This document shows positions 34,725 to 42,679 of a stretch of DNA of 42,679 nt, one piece after another. The position numbers were made by a program, and so were the translations under genes. Origin of the DNA: Clostridia bacterium. Lineage in GTDB: Bacteria > Bacillota > Clostridia > Christensenellales > Aristaeellaceae. The notes below the pieces were generated by a model, which searched no databases, was not told the DNA's origin, and saw only the letters and a list, made by a program, of their open reading frames with translations. The stretch spans positions 1 through 42,679 of the forward strand of contig JAFVBK010000051.1 in assembly GCA_017480045.1 (NCBI GenBank). Direction: 5' to 3'. The first letter of the stretch is position 1. Every line of letters begins with the position of its first letter.

Positions 34725-36089
34725 TCACAGCCTGTACAGCCTTCCGTCCTTTTTCCACTTCACGATCAGCCCGATCTCCCAGACCATCATCAATATCCAG
34801 CCCGCCACGCAGGCCAGGGGCACGGCGTCCAGCCCCAGCCTGCCGATCAGCAGGAAGGTGAACGCGGCGCGGGTGAACATCTGAGAGTAGGTGACGTACA
34901 TGGTGATATTCATCTTGCCGATGGCCCGCATATAGCCTTGGAGGCCGTTGGTGATGCCGGGCATGAAGTAGAAAAAGCCCATGAGCCGCAGGTACCGCAC
35001 GCCGAGGCGCACGACCTCCGTCTCCTCCGGAGCCACGAACAGCCGCATCAGCGGCCCGGCCAGCGCGAACACGCATATGGACACGATCAGCCCATAGATG
35101 GTCTCAAGCACCATCGCCACATACAGCCCCCGCCGCATGCGGTCGGGCTTGCCGGCCCCGTGATTCTGGGCTACCAGCACGGTTTCGCCTCCGGCGATAT
35201 CCCGCTCCGGGATGAGCGCGTAGTCGTCGATGCGGTTGACGGCGTTGAACGCGGCAATGGCGCTCACGCCCAGCGGATTCACTGCGGATTGCACCAGCAG
35301 CTTTCCCACGTAGATGCCCGCCTGCTGCATGGCGCTGGGGGCGCTGAAGCGAATGGTGCGCCGGAGCAGCGAGGGATCGACGGTGAAATCGGACCTGCCG
35401 TCGCCCGCGTCAGCTTTGGCGAAGAGCATCGGCTCGTTTCTGCGCAGCAGCGCCGCGCACAGCAGCACGGACACGCCCTGGGAGATCACCGTGGCGTAGG
35501 CGGCCCCGGCCACGCCCAGCCCCAGTCGGGCGACGAAGTACAGGTCGAGCCCCACGTTGGTGAGCGAGCCGGCGATCAGGCAAATCAGCGGCGTGAAGGT
35601 ATCGCCGATGGAGCGGGAGGCCGCCGCGAGTATGTTGTAAAGGGATGTAACGATCATGCCCAGCGCCACAATGCGCAGGTACCGGGCCGTGTCGCCCATG
35701 ATTTCGGCCGGTGTGCGGCAAAGCCGCAGCAGCGGCTCCGCCAGCGCGAACAGCCCCAGGGCGATGGCGGCGCTGAAGGCCGCGCTCATGGCCAGGGTGG
35801 TGGCGAACTCCCGCCGCAGGGCGCGACCGTCGCCCGCGCCGTAGAACTCGCTCATCAATACCGACGCGCCGATGCCCATGCCGATGATGAAGAACATGGC
35901 GATGCTCATCAGCGGGCTGGCCACACCTACCGCCGCCAGCGCCCCGGCGCCGGCATACTTGCCCACAATCACCGAATCCACGGTGTTATAGGTCACCTGG
36001 AAGAGATCGCCCAGTATCGCCGGGATGGAATAGCGCAGCAGATGCCTGGCGATGCTGCCTTCGGTCATGGAGCGGGGGGATTTGGGCAT
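34725..36089 (-). CDS. MATE family efflux transporter
   Basis: 12-TM profile and a typical MATE N-terminus (IPAILGDLFQVTYNTVDSVIVGKYAG). RBS AAGGAG. Confidence 0.88.
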   Translation of the reverse strand: MPKSPRSMTEGSIARHLLRYSIPAILGDLFQVTYNTVDSVIVGKYAGAGALAAVGVASPLMSIAMFFIIGMGIGASVLMSEFYGAGDGRALRREFATTLAMSAAFSAAIALGLFALAEPLLRLCRTPAEIMGDTARYLRIVALGMIVTSLYNILAAASRSIGDTFTPLICLIAGSLTNVGLDLYFVARLGLGVAGAAYATVISQGVSVLLCAALLRRNEPMLFAKADAGDGRSDFTVDPSLLRRTIRFSAPSAMQQAGIYVGKLLVQSAVNPLGVSAIAAFNAVNRIDDYALIPERDIAGGETVLVAQNHGAGKPDRMRRGLYVAMVLETIYGLIVSICVFALAGPLMRLFVAPEETEVVRLGVRYLRLMGFFYFMPGITNGLQGYMRAIGKMNITMYVTYSQMFTRAAFTFLLIGRLGLDAVPLACVAGWILMMVWEIGLIVKWKKDGRLYRL

Positions 36090-36142
36090 GGGAAGGCTCC
36101 TTTGTAGGTTCTTGGTCGCCGCGAAGCGATAAATCAGAAGTT

Positions 36143-36171
36143 ATTGTACCCTCATTCCCCTGCAAAGTCAA
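36143..36171 (-). promoter_or_regulatory. Promoter of the MATE gene (TTGACT-17 nt-TACAAT on the minus strand), overlapped by a 17-nt shared motif
   Basis: Plus-strand AGTCAA at 36166-36171 and ATTGTA at 36143-36148. The motif GATAAATCAGAAGTTAT at 36128-36144 abuts the -10. Confidence 0.55.
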
Positions 36172-36551
36172 TACAGATTCGACAGTCGCAGCGCCTCCTC
36201 GTCCTTCAGATGCTCCAGTCCCGCGCGCGCGGTGGACATGGTGCGCAGGAAGTCGTCGTGATCCTCGCACTCCAGGCAGATCTGCGCCTCGGCCAGGGTG
36301 GCGCTCACGTCGTGTACCGCCTCGTGGGCGGAGAGCATTTCCAGCATGCCGGACTTCGATTCCCAGAGCTCCGCCAGCTCCAGCAGCAGCGTCTTGGCAT
36401 CCGCCGTCCGAGCTTCATTTGCCGCCAGCACCGCCAGGCTCTGAAGCCGCTCGGCCTCGTCCACGATGCCGTTCAGCGCCAGCATCGAGGCCGCGCATAC
36501 CGCCAGCGCGCAGATGAGCACCGCCAGCGTCAATATCAGCGTTCGCCTCAC
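36168..36551 (-). CDS. DUF4363-family membrane-anchored protein
   Basis: N-terminal TM helix, then a helical domain. Sits in the usual position as partner of a DUF421 gene. GTG start. Confidence 0.7.
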   Translation of the reverse strand: MRRTLILTLAVLICALAVCAASMLALNGIVDEAERLQSLAVLAANEARTADAKTLLLELAELWESKSGMLEMLSAHEAVHDVSATLAEAQICLECEDHDDFLRTMSTARAGLEHLKDEEALRLSNLY

Positions 36552-36552
36552 G

Positions 36553-37269
36553 CTACCACACCACCCTTTCCGGCGCGATGGCCTGAAAGCGCATCAGCCC
36601 GCCGCCCGTCAGTTGCAGCGTCATGCGCCCCTGAGTGTCCAGGGAGGCCAGATACACCGACTTTGTATTCAGCCCCCGTTTGCTCAGCAGCGCCTCCAGC
36701 CAGGCGCGATCCAGGCCCGTCTGCCGCAGGTTGTGCGGCTGGACGCGCCCGTCGGTGACCAGCACCATCGGCAGGCCCTCGTAGCCGGGGCTGATATTCA
36801 GCTCTGAGGCCTTCGGGGGCCGGCCGTCGCTCGCGGGGAAGGCGGAGATCGTGCCGTTGGCCTCCACGATGGCGGTGCCCACCTCCGATGGATCCAGGTA
36901 GCCCGCGCCCCGGAGTCCTTCCAGCAGGTCCGCCAGACTCAGGCACAGTCGATCCAGCTCCTTCTGGTCGATTTCGCCTCGGTTGATCACCAGCGCGGGC
37001 TTGCCGGACACCAGCGCGCGGAAGCGGTCCCAGCGCAGCGAAGCCAGCGTGATCGCGCCGTGGACGACGAACATTGCCGCCACCGGCAAAAGGCCGTGCA
37101 GCAGCGGCGTGCCCACGCTCTCCATGGGGGAGGAGATCAAATCCGCCAGCAGGATGGTCATCGCCAGCTCGTAGGGCTCGAACTCGCCCAGCTGGCGCTT
37201 GCCCAGCGCCCGCATCGTGATGATCATCACCATGTACAGCAGCGCGCCGCGAAAAAAGAGGGTGAACAT
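36553..37269 (-). CDS. DUF421 (YetF/YdfS-like) membrane protein
   Basis: N-terminal TM region with RALGKRQLGEFEPYELAMTILLADL. C-terminal soluble domain with the GKP..VI..G.I pattern. Confidence 0.8.
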   Translation of the reverse strand: MFTLFFRGALLYMVMIITMRALGKRQLGEFEPYELAMTILLADLISSPMESVGTPLLHGLLPVAAMFVVHGAITLASLRWDRFRALVSGKPALVINRGEIDQKELDRLCLSLADLLEGLRGAGYLDPSEVGTAIVEANGTISAFPASDGRPPKASELNISPGYEGLPMVLVTDGRVQPHNLRQTGLDRAWLEALLSKRGLNTKSVYLASLDTQGRMTLQLTGGGLMRFQAIAPERVVW

Positions 37270-37477
37270 GTGCGCCTCCTATATATTTGGGTTTGTCGCG
37301 GACTTCGTCCGAGGGATCGGGAAATAGAAGCAGCGGCTTTCCCGTCCACATTGATAAATCAGAAGTTATCATCCCTCTTTTCCGCCAAAATCATGCGCCG
37401 CCACTTGATTTATTGCTGAATTAGGTTTATCATTACTATCATAGGATAATTGTAATCTCAAGCAGAAAGGCATCATC

Positions 37478-38026
37478 ATGGATTTTCTCAACGAATTCAG
37501 CAAGCGCTTTTCCAGCGTGGCCCGGTCGGTCTCCGAGAAGTCAAAGGAGAGCGCCGAGGTCACCCGGCTGAACGCCGAGCTGCGCGCGGCGACGGAGGCG
37601 CTGGAGGGGCTGTATGCCCGCTACGGCAAGGTATGCTACGCCATCCAGACGGGAAACGGCGACGCGAAGGCGGCGGAGGCGCTGGCGGTGCGCATCCGCG
37701 CGGGCATATTGCAGGTGGACGAGCTGACCGCTCAGCGGGATGCCGCCCGCGAATTCAAGCGCTGTCTGAGCTGTGGCGCGATACACCCCAAGGAAGCGAA
37801 ATTCTGCGCGACCTGCGGCAAGCGCCTGCCGGACGAGCCGCCGAAGCCGGAGCCCGTGGCGGAGGGCGAGTACTGTCCCAGCTGCGGCGCGCTCCGGGAG
37901 AGCGGCGAGCAGCGCTGTCCCGTGTGCGGCGCGTATTTCATCGAAGGCGAGCCCGAAGAGAGACCTGTGCCCGCGCCGATCATCGACGCTCCGGACGTGG
38001 AAGAGCCGGACGACGCGATAGAATAG
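37478..38026 (+). CDS. Double zinc-ribbon domain protein
   Basis: Motifs CLSCG..(10)..CATCG and CPSCG..(9)..CPVCG follow a helical N-terminal domain. Confidence 0.7.
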   Translation: MDFLNEFSKRFSSVARSVSEKSKESAEVTRLNAELRAATEALEGLYARYGKVCYAIQTGNGDAKAAEALAVRIRAGILQVDELTAQRDAAREFKRCLSCGAIHPKEAKFCATCGKRLPDEPPKPEPVAEGEYCPSCGALRESGEQRCPVCGAYFIEGEPEERPVPAPIIDAPDVEEPDDAIE

Positions 38027-38101
38027 CGAGGGATCAAGGGCGCTCAATGGCGGCCCCTGCTTCACGCTCCACACGCCACTCTCAATTTGGAGGGAATACA
38101 A

Positions 38102-39577
38102 ATGCAAAACAGACCCAGATCGTCCGCGCCCCGGCGCATGACCCGCCAGCAATATGAGGCCCTGCAGCGCCAGCGGCGGCAGAACCAGATCGCCATCGCC
38201 ATCATCGCGGGCATCGCGGCGCTGATCGTCGTCGCGGTCGTGCTGATCCTGCGGCCCAGGACCCCGGACGCCGTCGCCACGATGGTGGACGCCAGCGCCG
38301 GTACGCCGCTGACGCAGTCGGAGCCGGCTGCGGGGGACGAGACCGCCGCGGCGCAGCCCGCGCAGAACGGCGGCGTGGATCTGGCGGCCCAGATCGAGGG
38401 CGAGGGCGCTTCCGACCAGCAGAGCGACGCCGGCGACGCGGCGGAGGATGCCGTCGCGGAGCCCACCGCGGAGCCCACGCCGGTGCCGGAGATTCCCCAG
38501 GCGGTGGATTCCATCGCCGCCACGGCCCGGCCCGCCGGCGCGCTGCGCTCGGTGCGCATGCGCGTGGTGGGGGACATCATGTTCTGCCAGAGCCAGCTGG
38601 TGTACGCCAGGGACAGCGGCTACGACTTCCACAATCAGTTTGAGCTGATCGCCGATCAGCTCGCTAACGCCGACTACACCATGGGCAATATGGAGGGCAC
38701 CATCGGCAAGTACAACACCTCCAATTATTCCGGCTATCCCCAGTTCAACGCGCCGGACGTGGCCCTCGCGCCGCTGAAGGACGACGGCATCGACTTTTTG
38801 ACCCTGGCGAACAACCACATGCTGGATCGCTGGAGCGGCGGCGTGAAGAACACCGTGGACAACGTGGAGAAGTACGGCTTCGACCATGTGGGCGCCTATC
38901 GCACCAAGGCGGAGAAGGACGCGCCGGTGATCTACGAGGTGGGCGGCATCAAGTTCGGCTTCGTGGCCTACACCCACACCACCAACAGCATGGAGAACCG
39001 GGGCGTGGACGCGGACGCCGTGGCGCTGGTGCCCTACATACAGAAGGCCGACTTCGCCGCCGATGTCAAGAAGCTGCGGGACGCGGGGGCCGAGGTCGTG
39101 ATCGCCTTCCCCCACTGGGGCAAGGAATACGTGCGCACCCCCGACGACAGCCAGAAGAAGTACGCCAAGCAGCTGGCGCAGGCCGGGGTGGATATCATCA
39201 TCGGCAGCCATTCCCACATGGTGCAGCCGATGGGCTATCAGACCGTCAGCACCGGCGACGGCGGCTCCAAGCAGGTGTTCACCATGTTCTCCATGGGCAA
39301 TTTCATCAGCGACCACGTGCTGCAATACACCGACAACGGCGTGATACTGGACTTCACCGTCAACGAGCACCAGGATGGCAGCTTCACCTGCGACAGCGTG
39401 GGCTACATACCGACTTACACCTGGAAGCAGGACGGCGCGATCAAGGTGCTGCCCTCCGGCAAGTACCTGAACGACCGTCCCAGCGGCATGGACGACGAGA
39501 ACTACAACCGCATGGTGGCCAGCTACTATGAGATCATCGAGGTCATCGGCGATCAGTTCCAGCTGATCAACGGTTGA
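38102..39577 (+). CDS. CapA-family (PGA_cap metallophosphatase-like) membrane-anchored protein
   Basis: N-terminal TM helix. Core motifs VGDIMF, GNMEG, LANNH, FPHWGKEY and GSHSH. ATG 38102 follows GGAGGG. Confidence 0.85.
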   Translation: MQNRPRSSAPRRMTRQQYEALQRQRRQNQIAIAIIAGIAALIVVAVVLILRPRTPDAVATMVDASAGTPLTQSEPAAGDETAAAQPAQNGGVDLAAQIEGEGASDQQSDAGDAAEDAVAEPTAEPTPVPEIPQAVDSIAATARPAGALRSVRMRVVGDIMFCQSQLVYARDSGYDFHNQFELIADQLANADYTMGNMEGTIGKYNTSNYSGYPQFNAPDVALAPLKDDGIDFLTLANNHMLDRWSGGVKNTVDNVEKYGFDHVGAYRTKAEKDAPVIYEVGGIKFGFVAYTHTTNSMENRGVDADAVALVPYIQKADFAADVKKLRDAGAEVVIAFPHWGKEYVRTPDDSQKKYAKQLAQAGVDIIIGSHSHMVQPMGYQTVSTGDGGSKQVFTMFSMGNFISDHVLQYTDNGVILDFTVNEHQDGSFTCDSVGYIPTYTWKQDGAIKVLPSGKYLNDRPSGMDDENYNRMVASYYEIIEVIGDQFQLING

Positions 39578-39589
39578 AAGGAGCCGATC

Positions 39590-40459
39590 ATGCAAACCCT
39601 TTCCGCCTACGCGAAGATCAACTGGGCGCTGAACATCACCGGGCGGCGCGAGGACGGCTATCATCTGCTGGATATGCTGATGCAGACCATCGACCTGCGC
39701 GACGATTTGGCCGTCGAACCGGCGGACGGCCTGAGCCTGACGGTGAACGGCGCGCCGGCGGGGGAGGAGAACCTGATCCTGCGGGCGGCCAACGCGCTGA
39801 ACCGATATGCTGGCAGCGCAAACGGCGCGAGGCTGTCGCTGACCAAGCGCATCCCCGCGCAGGCGGGCCTGGGCGGCGGCAGCGCCGATTGCGCCCTCGC
39901 CCTGCGGGCGCTGAACGGGTTGTGGTCTCTGGGGCTTTCGAACGAAGAATTGCTCAGGCTCGGCGAGCGGCTCGGCGCGGACGTGCCCTTCTGCCTGACG
40001 GGCGGTCTGGCGCGGGTGAGCGGCATCGGCGAGCATATCGCCGCCGTAGCCAACGCGCCGGAAATTCCGCTGGTGCTGGTGACGCCGGGCGGCGGGCTCT
40101 CCACCGCCGAGGTGTTTTCGCTGTGGGATGGCGGCGGCTGGCCGACGGTCGAATTGGATACCCGCGCTTTGGCGGCGGCCGTGGTCCGACGGGATCTGGC
40201 CGAGGTGGACCGCCTCTGCGCCAACGCGCTGACCGCGCCCGCCTTGTCGCTGATGCCGGAGATCGGAGAGCTGCTGGAGCGACTGCGCGCGCTGGGCGCG
40301 GGCGCGGCTTTCATGACCGGCAGCGGCTCCACCGTGGTCGGCGCTTTCGCGGACATTGCCGCCGCCCGCGCCGCCGCAGAACGGCTCCCAGGCGCGATTT
40401 TGACGAAAACGCTTGCGGAATTGCCGCGCCAGGCCCTCTCCAACGGAAATTTTGCTTGA
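39590..40459 (+). CDS. ispE: 4-diphosphocytidyl-2-C-methyl-D-erythritol kinase
   Basis: AKINWALNITGRREDGYH and the GHMP kinase motif IPAQAGLGGGSADCA. Confidence 0.92.
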   Translation: MQTLSAYAKINWALNITGRREDGYHLLDMLMQTIDLRDDLAVEPADGLSLTVNGAPAGEENLILRAANALNRYAGSANGARLSLTKRIPAQAGLGGGSADCALALRALNGLWSLGLSNEELLRLGERLGADVPFCLTGGLARVSGIGEHIAAVANAPEIPLVLVTPGGGLSTAEVFSLWDGGGWPTVELDTRALAAAVVRRDLAEVDRLCANALTAPALSLMPEIGELLERLRALGAGAAFMTGSGSTVVGAFADIAAARAAAERLPGAILTKTLAELPRQALSNGNFA

Positions 40460-40484
40460 CATTCATTTGCCGGCTGTGTATAAT
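40456..40484 (+). promoter_or_regulatory. Promoter of tRNA-Leu (TTGACA-17 nt-TATAAT)
   Basis: TTGACA at 40456-40461, overlapping the ispE stop codon. TATAAT at 40479-40484. Confidence 0.7.
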
Positions 40485-40496
40485 ATCTATGGTCAT

Positions 40497-40579
40497 GCGG
40501 TCGTGGCGGAATAGGCATACGCGCACGTTTGAGGGGCGTGTGGGAGACCGTACGGGTTCAAGTCCCGTCGACCGCACCA
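40497..40579 (+). tRNA. tRNA-Leu (anticodon GAG), class II with a long variable arm and an encoded CCA
   Basis: Folded by hand: acceptor GCGGTCG/CGACCGC, anticodon stem CACGT/GCGTG, loop TTGAGGG, T-arm ACGGG-TTCAAGT-CCCGT. 83 nt. Confidence 0.9.
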
Positions 40580-40582
40580 TAG

Positions 40583-40634
40583 CTGCACGGCAATTTTGAT
40601 ACAAAGTGTGTCAGGGTTGCGGTGCAGTTTTTTT
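40583..40634 (+). terminator. Terminator after tRNA-Leu
   Basis: CTGCACGGCAA / TTGCGGTGCAG (one mismatch, large loop), followed by TTTTTTT. Confidence 0.6.
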
Positions 40635-41003
40635 ATAAAAATGTGGCGCAGGGTGGTTTGGGCGCATTCGCGCAGCGCCCAGGCTGCCCGCGGTAAAGCG
40701 CGATGGCGGGTCGTCGGCATCCAACCGACGCGCGATTATAACATGGCAGTCGCTGATTAATTCCCGCACCGGTCGGGCGGTGTCTTTTCCGCTGTGCATC
40801 TCGCGCAGATTTCTTGATTGCCCTCCAGGAAGCTGAAAATCCTGCGGGTTTTCAGGTCGCCCTTGGCGACTGACTTGGTTGAATCAAAGATTCGAGCAAG
40901 TCACCGTAACCTGCGAAATCTGCATGAGCGCACATCAAAAAATCCACTCGCCTGCCCAGCGCTTGAATGAACCATCGCCTACCAAGAAACGGAGCTGCTT
41001 GCG

Positions 41004-41912
41004 ATGATCGTTACGGATATCATCCTGGGCGCGGACATGGAGGAGAGGATACTCTATGAAAATCCGCTGCTGCAGCACAGCATGTATGTCGTGGACTACG
41101 ATCATTACGAGCGGGAATTGATTCCCTGGCACTGGCACGGGGAAATAGAGCTGCTCTATCTGGAAAGCGGTTCTTGCGGCTACAGGACGATCGAAACGGC
41201 ATATGAGCTGAGCGCCGGGGACGCGATCTACCTGAAGTCGGGCGTGCTGCATTCATTTCAGCCCCTGCGGGCGGGCACCGTTTCCTATGCGAATCTGTTT
41301 ATGCCTGAATTTCTTACGGGAGGGGCGGGCAGCTTTTGGGATCTGTCCTATGTGGCTCCCCTGCTGAGTCCGAGCAGCGCCGACGCGATTGTCCTCCGAC
41401 GGGATGACCCGAATGCCGCGCGGGCGCTTGAACTGATCCGGGAAACCATACGCCTCTGCCAGGATGAGCCGGAATACTATGAGCTGCGGCTGCGCATCGC
41501 GCTTTGGGAAACATGGATGGAGCTCCACAGGATGGCGACGCGGCGTCAGGCGCGGGAGAAGCCGCTGAAAACCGCGGCGAGAGACGCGCGCCTGAAGAAG
41601 CTGCTGCTGCTGATCAGCGAGCGCTACGCGGGCCCCATCTCGGTCGCCACGCTCGCCAGGGCGGCGGACATCAGCGAGCGGGAATGCTACAGAATTTTCC
41701 GGGAATCGCTGGGGCAGACTCCCATCGCCTTTGTCCAGCGCTATCGATTGCAGCAGGCCAGGGCCATGCTTCTGGCGGGAAGCGGCACCGTCACGGAGAT
41801 CGCCGGGAAAACGGGCTTTGACAGCGCGGCATACTTTTCAAAGCTGTTCAAGCGCGCCTTTGGCGTGACGCCCGCCCAGGTTAAAAAAGAAAATTTGGCA
41901 GGATCGTTATAG
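41004..41912 (+). CDS. AraC-family transcriptional regulator (cupin sensor plus HTH_18)
   Basis: N-terminal cupin-like region WHWHGEIELLYLESG. C-terminal AraC HTH with ARAMLL....VTEIA...GF.S..YFSKLFKRAFGVTP. Confidence 0.88.
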   Translation: MIVTDIILGADMEERILYENPLLQHSMYVVDYDHYERELIPWHWHGEIELLYLESGSCGYRTIETAYELSAGDAIYLKSGVLHSFQPLRAGTVSYANLFMPEFLTGGAGSFWDLSYVAPLLSPSSADAIVLRRDDPNAARALELIRETIRLCQDEPEYYELRLRIALWETWMELHRMATRRQAREKPLKTAARDARLKKLLLLISERYAGPISVATLARAADISERECYRIFRESLGQTPIAFVQRYRLQQARAMLLAGSGTVTEIAGKTGFDSAAYFSKLFKRAFGVTPAQVKKENLAGSL

Positions 41913-41949
41913 AATCGAGCGCTTATGTTGTTGCCGAAAGCGAATATTT

Positions 41950-41986
41950 GCGATATACTTCTTACGGGGAGGCATATCGCTTTTTT
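41950..41986 (+). terminator. Terminator after the AraC gene
   Basis: GCGATAT / ATATCGC stem followed by TTTTTT. Confidence 0.5.
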
Positions 41987-42064
41987 GTATATAAACAATG
42001 GGTGGTGAAGCGCTATCCCCAGGATTCCGCGAGCGGCGCGGCGACGATGCGAGGAGGATACAAT

Positions 42065-42679
42065 ATGATTTACTATGTGAACGCGGCGGCGACCGGCGGC
42101 GACGGCAGCCAGAGCAGGCCGTTTTCAACCATTCAGCAGGCGGCTGACATCGCCATGCCTGGCGACGAGGTCATCGTTTTTCCGGGCATCTATCGCGAGG
42201 CGGTGAACCCCATTCACGCGGGAACGCCCGAAGCGCGGATCGTCTACCGGGCCCACGAAAGGGGAACCGCGGTCATCACCGGCGCGGAGCGCGTCGCCGG
42301 CTGGTCGTCCGTGGGTGGCGACGCATGGAGGGTCAGCGTGCCCAACGCGCTGTTCACGGATCGCAACCCCTTCACGACGCTGGTATCCGGAGACTGGTTC
42401 AACGCGTACTTTGTCGCGCACACCGGCGATGTGTATCTGAACGGGAAATCGCTCTACGAGGTCGCGTCCCTGGACGGCGTCAAAAACCCCGTTCGCTCCG
42501 AGACCTCCTGGGATCCGGACTTCTCCGTCTACACCTGGTACGCGGAGCAGGATGAAGCCCATGACGCGACCATACTGTACGCGAATTTCCAGGGCCTGGA
42601 TCCGAACGCCGAGAACGTGGAGATCAGCGTGCGCAAGCGTTGCTTCTATCCTGAGGCCGAGGGCGTCGGCTACATCACC
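42065..42679 (+). CDS. Right-handed parallel beta-helix (DUF1565 / pectin-lyase-fold) protein, 5-prime partial; runs off the window end
   Basis: Absent from the ORF track because it has no stop codon. RBS GAGGAGG lies 7 nt before ATG 42065, and 205 codons are open to the window end. The N-terminus YYVNAAATGGDGSQSRPFSTIQQAADIAMPGDEVIVFPGIYRE is typical of this fold. Confidence 0.75.
   Translation, partial: MIYYVNAAATGGDGSQSRPFSTIQQAADIAMPGDEVIVFPGIYREAVNPIHAGTPEARIVYRAHERGTAVITGAERVAGWSSVGGDAWRVSVPNALFTDRNPFTTLVSGDWFNAYFVAHTGDVYLNGKSLYEVASLDGVKNPVRSETSWDPDFSVYTWYAEQDEAHDATILYANFQGLDPNAENVEISVRKRCFYPEAEGVGYIT

Noticed and set aside
37541-40462. 973-aa minus-strand ORF covering the zinc-ribbon, CapA and ispE genes
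   Set aside because: It is antisense to three plus-strand genes that carry clear family motifs. It is extremely Arg/Gly/Ala/His-rich with no recognisable domain. High-GC artefact.
40493-40799. Minus-strand ORFs 40493-40720 and 40611-40799
   Set aside because: They overlap the tRNA-Leu gene and its terminator antisense. No RBS, and the translations are Arg/Pro-rich.

Overview
GC-rich chromosomal segment from a Firmicute, probably a Clostridia / Oscillospiraceae-like organism. That placement is an inference from Cheo-type LexA boxes, sigma-A type TTGACA/TATAAT promoters, GGAGG ribosome-binding sites and a DUF421/DUF4363 gene pair.

Layout:
(1) 1-285: a 95-bp tandem repeat array, then an LCP-family envelope gene (317-1309, minus).
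(2) 1544-3922 (minus): an orphan 792-aa P-loop NTPase with its own strong promoter.
(3) 4126-19210: a compact siphovirus-type head-tail morphogenesis cluster with no visible frameshifts. It holds an XRE repressor, a sigma-like activator, a short TerS-like ORF, a PBSX-type large terminase, portal, scaffold, major capsid, connectors, tail tube, chaperones, a 1030-aa tape measure, Dit and a Tal/fibre. It ends directly at the SOS-regulated recA promoter. No integrase, replication, holin or endolysin genes are visible in the window. I rank it as the best candidate for an undescribed system: a domesticated GTA- or PBSX-like particle element.
(4) recA, an EPS-priming sugar transferase, and a ytfQRT-yjfF-like galactofuranose ABC transporter operon behind an AT-rich island.
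(5) An HD hydrolase, then argH and argG. These two are separated by an inserted ADP-ribosylglycohydrolase + Tag glycosylase cassette. Each cassette gene is preceded by a near-identical promoter element, and the cassette is flanked by GC-hairpin dispersed repeats related to the array at 1-285.
(6) tadA, a MATE efflux pump, DUF4363/DUF421, a zinc-ribbon protein, CapA, ispE, tRNA-Leu(GAG), an AraC regulator, and a partial beta-helix protein running off the window end.

Many long antisense ORFs in the supplied track are high-GC artefacts. All product calls rest on motifs read by eye from the translations; no database search was run.
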